A stretch of 63,933 nucleotides of DNA, the filler included. It is 7 parts of 7 records of this genome, joined end to end, with 100 filler letters (N's around TTAATTAATTAA, not from the genome) between each part and the next. Parts side by side here need not be neighbours in the genome. Positions count along the whole stretch, not along the records: positions 58,804 to 63,933 come from SRR31156797_13159; 6 more parts are not named here. One strand, given 5' to 3'. A program made the position numbers and the translations under genes. How positions within the stretch are numbered: the stretch's first letter is position 1; each line of letters starts with the position of its first letter. The notes beneath the pieces are model-generated. The model worked only from the letters and a program-made list of their open reading frames with translations, did no database searches and was not told the origin of the DNA. Of the stretch, positions 59,521 through 63,933 are shown piece by piece.

Positions 59521-59536
59521 TATATTATCAATCAAA

Positions 59537-59563
59537 GACCCGGTTCGTCCACCGAACCGGGTC
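59537..59563. terminator. Shared hairpin between convergent fdh genes
   Basis: GACCCGGTTCG-TCCAC-CGAACCGGGTC perfect 11-bp stem. Confidence 0.8.
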
Positions 59564-59580
59564 GCTTCTTTCTTATTCGT

Positions 59581-62346
59581 TTACGCCTTTTCAACACTCA
59601 CGGCGCAGGCCTTGTACTCGGCCGTCAGGGTCACCGGATCAAAGGCCGGATTGGTCAGCCAGTTTGAATTGCCTTCCCTGAAATGGAACGCCATCCACAC
59701 CATTCCGTCGGGCACCTCTTCGGTCACCCTGGCCGTGACCTCCACCCTGCCCCGCCGGGAGCGCACAACCACCTTCTCACCGTCTCCAACCCCGAGACGC
59801 CGGGCATCTGCAAGGGAGATATCCGCAGTCTCCTCCCCCAGAAGATCGTTGAGCCCTTCGCACCGGCCCGTCTGGGTCCGGGTGTGGTAATGGTAAAGCC
59901 GCCGCCCCGTACTCAGGACAAAGGGATACTCATCGTCAGCCACCTCGGCCGGCGGGGTCCACTCCACCGGGGTGAAAGTGCCCCTACCCGAGGTGAAGAG
60001 ATTCTGGTGCAGGATCGGGGTACCCGGATGATCCGTGGTGGGACAGGGCCACTGGAGACCGTCCTGTTCGATGCGATGGTACTTGATGCCGCCAAGGTTC
60101 GGGGCAAGCTCGGAGATCTCGTTGTCCCAAATCTCCTGGGCACTCACGGATTCCCAGGTACGGCCCATCCGTTTGGCGATCTCCCTGAAGATCCACCAGT
60201 TGGGCATGGCCTTTCCAGGGGGAACGCTGGCCGTTCGCACCCGGCTGACCCTTCGCTCACTGTTGGTAAAAGTGCCGTCGTTCTCGCTCCAGGCCGCGGC
60301 CGGGAGCACCACGTCGGCAAACCGGGTGGTCTCGTTCTGAAAGATATCCTGCACCACCAGGAACTCGGCGGAGCTGAGTTCATGCTCCACCTTCCGGATA
60401 TCAGGCTCGGTGTTGGCCAGGTTCTCCCCGAAGATGTAGAATCCCCGGATGGTCTTGTCCACCAGCCCGTCCATCATCTGGGGAATCATGAGTCCGTTTT
60501 TGTCGGGCAAATCCCCCACATCCCAGAACTTGGCGAACTTCTCCCTTGAATCCTCGTTGATCACCGCCTGGTACCCGGGATAGACATTGGGAAGCGCCCC
60601 CATGTCACAGGCACCCTGGACATTGTTCTGGCCCCGCAGGGGATTGACGCCCCCGCACTCAAGCCCCATGTTGCCAAGGAGCATCTGGAGGTTGGCCGTG
60701 GAAAGCACGTTGTTTCGTCCACAGGTGTGCTCGGTGATACCCAGGGTGTAGCAGAGCATCACCGGCTTCACAGCGGCAAGCATCCGGGCCGTGTTGACGA
60801 TCACCTCGGGCTCGATGCCGCAGATGGCGGCCATGGCCTTAGGATCACAGGCCAGCACCGTTTGTTTGAGTTCTTCAAAGTTAACCGTCCGTTTTTCGAT
60901 GAACTCCCTGTCATAGAGCTCCTCCCGGATCAGGACATTCATCACCCCGTTCAGGAAGGCGATGTCGCTGCCCACCCGGATGGGCACATGGAGGTCGGCA
61001 AACTTGGTAAGGGCGTGGGCCCTGGGATCCACCACAATGAGCTTGGCCCCGTTCGCCACCGCATTCTTCAGGAATGTGGCGGCCACTGGATGGGCCTCGG
61101 TCATGTTGGAACCGATCACGAGAAACATCTTTGCCTTGGAAAACTCCCCAAAGGAGTTTGTCATGGCACCTGAACCAAAAGCTGTCGCAAGACCTGCGAC
61201 CGTGGGGGCATGTCAGGTGCGGGCACAATGATCTATATTGTTGGTCTTGAACACCGACCGAAAGAGCTTCTGCATCTGGTAGGAGTCCTCGTTGATACTC
61301 CTTGCGCAGCTCACTCCTGCCAAGGCGTCGGGACCGTGGGTCTCGATGATCTCCGTAAATCGCCGGGCCACAAGGTCCAGTGCCTCGTCCCAGGAGGCCT
61401 TTCTGAACTCATCGCCCTCCCGGATCAAGGGGGTTTTAAGCCGCTCCTCAGAATAGATGAAATCGTAGCCGAACCGGCCCTTGACACAGAGACGGCCAAG
61501 GTTGGGCTTGCCATCCTCGGCGCCGGTCACTTTCATGATGGTGCCGTCCTTGACATGGAGGATCTGCTGGCACCCCACACCGCAGTAGGGACAGGTGGTC
61601 CGGATCTTTTGAACCTCCCAGGGACGGGCCGTATTTTTGGCCTTCTTCTCGAAGAGCGCCCCCACGGGACAGGCCTGGATACACTCCCCGCAGAACACGC
61701 AGTCCGAATCCTTGAGGGAGACATCGGTACCGGCCACGATCTTGGCATCCGCTCCCCGGTAGCCGAAATCGATGGCGTTGTTCACCTGGATCTCCCGGCA
61801 GGCCTGGACGCATCGGCCGCAGAGGATGCATCGGGAAAAATCCCTGACGATCAGGGGGTTGCCCGTTTCCATGGGAAACTTGCACTCGGTAAGGGGCAGC
61901 CCCGTCGCCTTGACCTGATATTTAAAAGCAAGGTCCTGGAGCCTGCAATCGCCCCAGGCCGGACACAGATCCTCGGAGGGGTCCCCTTCCAGTATCCTGA
62001 GCTGATCCTGGGTCCAGTCCCTGGTGTCAAAATCCTTGATGTCGCAATTGTGATTTCCCGATGCGAGCATCAGCCGGAGAATGCTTCGCCTGGCCTTGAT
62101 CACCTCGGCGGATTCCGTCTGTACAACCAAGCCGGCCCTGGCAGGCTCGGAACAGGAAGGAATAAGGTTATTGGCCCCTTCCACCTCAACGACACAGATT
62201 CGACAGGCCCCGGTGGGGGTAGTCCCCTTAAGATGGCACAGGGTCGGTATCTCAATGCCATTTGCCTCGGCCACCTCCAGAATAGTCTGGCCCGGCTCGA
62301 AACGAACCTCCCGGTTGTTTATCACCATGAAATTATCTGTCATCAA
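59581..62346 (-). CDS. fdhA: Selenocysteine-containing formate dehydrogenase alpha subunit (921 aa; UGA=Sec at 61213-61215)
   Basis: ORFs 61213-62346 and 59581-61164 are in frame; junction reads DHCART-U-HAPTVAGL...GSGAMTN; N-terminal 2Fe-2S/4Fe-4S motifs; CPYCGVGC; LRGQNNVQG. Confidence 0.95.
61184..61212 (-). promoter_or_regulatory. Bacterial SECIS element
   Basis: UGA + 12 nt, then GTCGCA-GGTCT-TGCGAC hairpin with GT-containing loop, like fdhF SECIS. Confidence 0.85.
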
Positions 62347-62417
62347 ACGAGTCTCCTTTGATTGGCGCAGCAGAAACGCTGCCGCATCATGAACAGGTTG
62401 AGCTCCCTCTATTTACT

Positions 62418-63101
62418 CTAACTTTCCAATAGGTTAAATTTCACTTCACCGGCAGCCGGCCCTTTGTCAACATAGGGCGCCTGGCCTTTGCAGCCCCTGC
62501 ACATCAGCCCGTGCTTTTCGGGATAGGCCTCGTTACACAGGGGACAGAGAACGGTGGGACCAACCGACCGTTTCACAAGCTCCCTTGGAACAACCCTCAC
62601 CGGCTCAACCGAGTAGATGGAGGAACCGGCAAGACAGATACTCTTTCGAAGAAAATCGGAATCCTGATCACGCTTGGGCTTCAACTTAAAGAACCAGCTC
62701 TTTATCTCGGGCCAGGCTTCAAGTTTTTCGCTGTCCAGAAAAACCCGGATTCCCTCCCCGGTCTCCTTGTCATATAGGGTCAGGGCAAAACGCCCCAGGG
62801 GAACAATCTTCAGCCACCCGTTCCCGATGGTGCAAGGGGTCAGGATCTGCACCGCATCCGGAAGGCAGGAGGCGGTTTCACTGATGGCGTCAAACAATAT
62901 ACCGGCAGGCAATCTCTCCATGGCCATGGTGACCATCTGCCCGCCGATAAAAATACCGGGAGCGGCATAGCCGTGGAAGGATTGGGCCAGGTCGGCGTAC
63001 GCCTCAAAGGAATAGGTCTGTCCGTGGCAATCGGTGCACCAGCCTGTGCCGTCATCAAACGGTCGATCATGGAGCCGTGTCATCTTTTTTCCCATCCGCA
63101 T
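62418..63101 (-). CDS. FmdE-family protein with C-terminal zinc finger
   Basis: FHG..APG...G, ET..CLPDAVQ.LT.CT.GN, CPLC.E.YP......CRGC; exact start uncertain. Confidence 0.85.
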   Translation of the reverse strand: MRMGKKMTRLHDRPFDDGTGWCTDCHGQTYSFEAYADLAQSFHGYAAPGIFIGGQMVTMAMERLPAGILFDAISETASCLPDAVQILTPCTIGNGWLKIVPLGRFALTLYDKETGEGIRVFLDSEKLEAWPEIKSWFFKLKPKRDQDSDFLRKSICLAGSSIYSVEPVRVVPRELVKRSVGPTVLCPLCNEAYPEKHGLMCRGCKGQAPYVDKGPAAGEVKFNLLES

Positions 63102-63634
63102 CTCCCAGGGTCAAACAATGGTGTTTTATGGTAATAAAAACCCGAATGTTAAATCTTAAGGAACTATAAAATACCTCGATTAACCATTTCATACCATTAC
63201 AAACAATTGAAATTGTTTTTTCCTACTTAGTGTTTGCCTTGGATCGTGTCAAGAAAAAACTTTTCACATCTTGTCTTTTCATCTCAATTCGTGGTAAGGC
63301 TTTAACTCGTATCCGGGCCGTTTCACTCCCGAATACCCAACAAAGGACACCTCCACAGGGGACCCTTTCCGGGATAAAAAAAATGATTCGCCCGGAAAAA
63401 CACAACCCAAATAGGACCTACATGTTGCCATACATACAACAGACCCTGCCTCCGCCGCCCTGTAACAGCTAAGCTGTAACAGGTTAATTACCCGGCACCA
63501 TTCAATCAATCCCCTGATCCGTTTCAGGAAGACACCATTTTTGCGCCCGACATACGGGGTTTAAGAAAACTTGCATATACCGGGCCATCCCTGGACAAAT
63601 CACGGGGGTTCCACAATTACAGGCGGAAATTATC

Positions 63635-63933
63635 ATGGCAAACCACAGATCCATCATTGCGTTGAACCTGTCCGTATTTCTTTTCATGTTCGGGGTGGGA
63701 ATAATCGTCCCCCTCCTTCCCCAAAAAATCATCACCCTCACCGGGTCGTTAAAAACGGTGGGTTACCTGGCTTCGGCCTTTGCGGTGTCCTTTGTACTCC
63801 TCCAGCTGCCCATCGGCCGTCTTTCGGACCGGTTCGGATTCCGGGGGTTTCTTCTGGCAGGCTACCTTACCTGCTCAACCTCGGGACTCCTCTACTGCTT
63901 TTCAAACACACAGGAAATGATTTTTTTCGGTAG
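63635..63933 (+). CDS. MFS transporter, 3'-truncated (not in ORF track)
   Basis: Hand translation MANHRSIIALNLSVFLFMFGVGIIVPLLP...QLPIGRLSDRFGFRG (MFS motif A); open to window end. Confidence 0.85.
   Translation, partial: MANHRSIIALNLSVFLFMFGVGIIVPLLPQKIITLTGSLKTVGYLASAFAVSFVLLQLPIGRLSDRFGFRGFLLAGYLTCSTSGLLYCFSNTQEMIFFG

Noticed and set aside
61165-61215. fdhA as a split pseudogene
   Set aside because: The stop is UGA exactly at the catalytic Cys/Sec position with a SECIS hairpin downstream
59683-62361. Long plus-strand ORFs of 288 and 383 aa
   Set aside because: Antisense shadows of fdhA with no motifs
63110-63630. Moco/tungsten riboswitch, ModE, Rex or sigma54 site upstream of the FmdE-fdh unit
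   Set aside because: Several hairpins but no convincing consensus match by eye; needs an Infernal/PWM scan
1-63933. CRISPR array, cas genes, tRNA/rRNA, retron or other RT, toxin-antitoxin or defence genes
   Set aside because: No repeat-spacer periodicity or diagnostic motifs found by eye

Overview
The window is not one locus. It is seven unrelated contigs joined by identical 100-nt spacers (44 N + TTAATTAATTAA + 44 N), so no linkage can be inferred across spacers; taxonomy below is inferred from composition and gene style only. (1) 1-17751, an FCB-group bacterium (Marinimicrobia/Cloacimonadota-like): an Ile/Leu/Val attenuator leader missed by the ORF track, secreted proteins with T9SS/FlgD-Ig-like C-termini, nagA, a DAG-kinase-family gene, GH97, lepA, RsiV-like, prsW, ttcA, partial leuS, REP-like palindromes, and a dif-like site nested between two inverted tandem DnaA-box pairs. 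(2) 17852-24994, Bacteroidota: three T9SS cargo proteins (GEVED, C10 peptidase-propeller-PKD, M1 peptidase). (3) 25095-32826, Arcobacter-like: edge of an integrative element whose integrase has substituted catalytic residues, rnhB, a binding-protein/sensor-kinase pair, and clpB with overlapping CIRCE and HAIR-like operators. (4) 32927-41037, Desulfobacterales-like: TRAP-aguA-aguB-CoA transferase-SDR-MoaD cluster. (5) 41138-52941, Bacteroidales (Marinifilaceae-like): topA, PBP1a, a cobalamin riboswitch with no downstream sense gene facing radA, then rfaE2, panD, panC, glgA-like and glmS. (6) 53042-58703, low-GC diderm: an unrecognised outer-membrane protein, a GPH symporter and a YihQ-like GH31. 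(7) 58804-63933, Desulfobacterota: two convergent formate dehydrogenase alpha genes (one a selenoprotein with SECIS), an FmdE-family gene and a partial MFS gene. The best leads are the DnaA-box/dif palindrome, the orphan B12 riboswitch and the OMP-symporter-SQase cassette.
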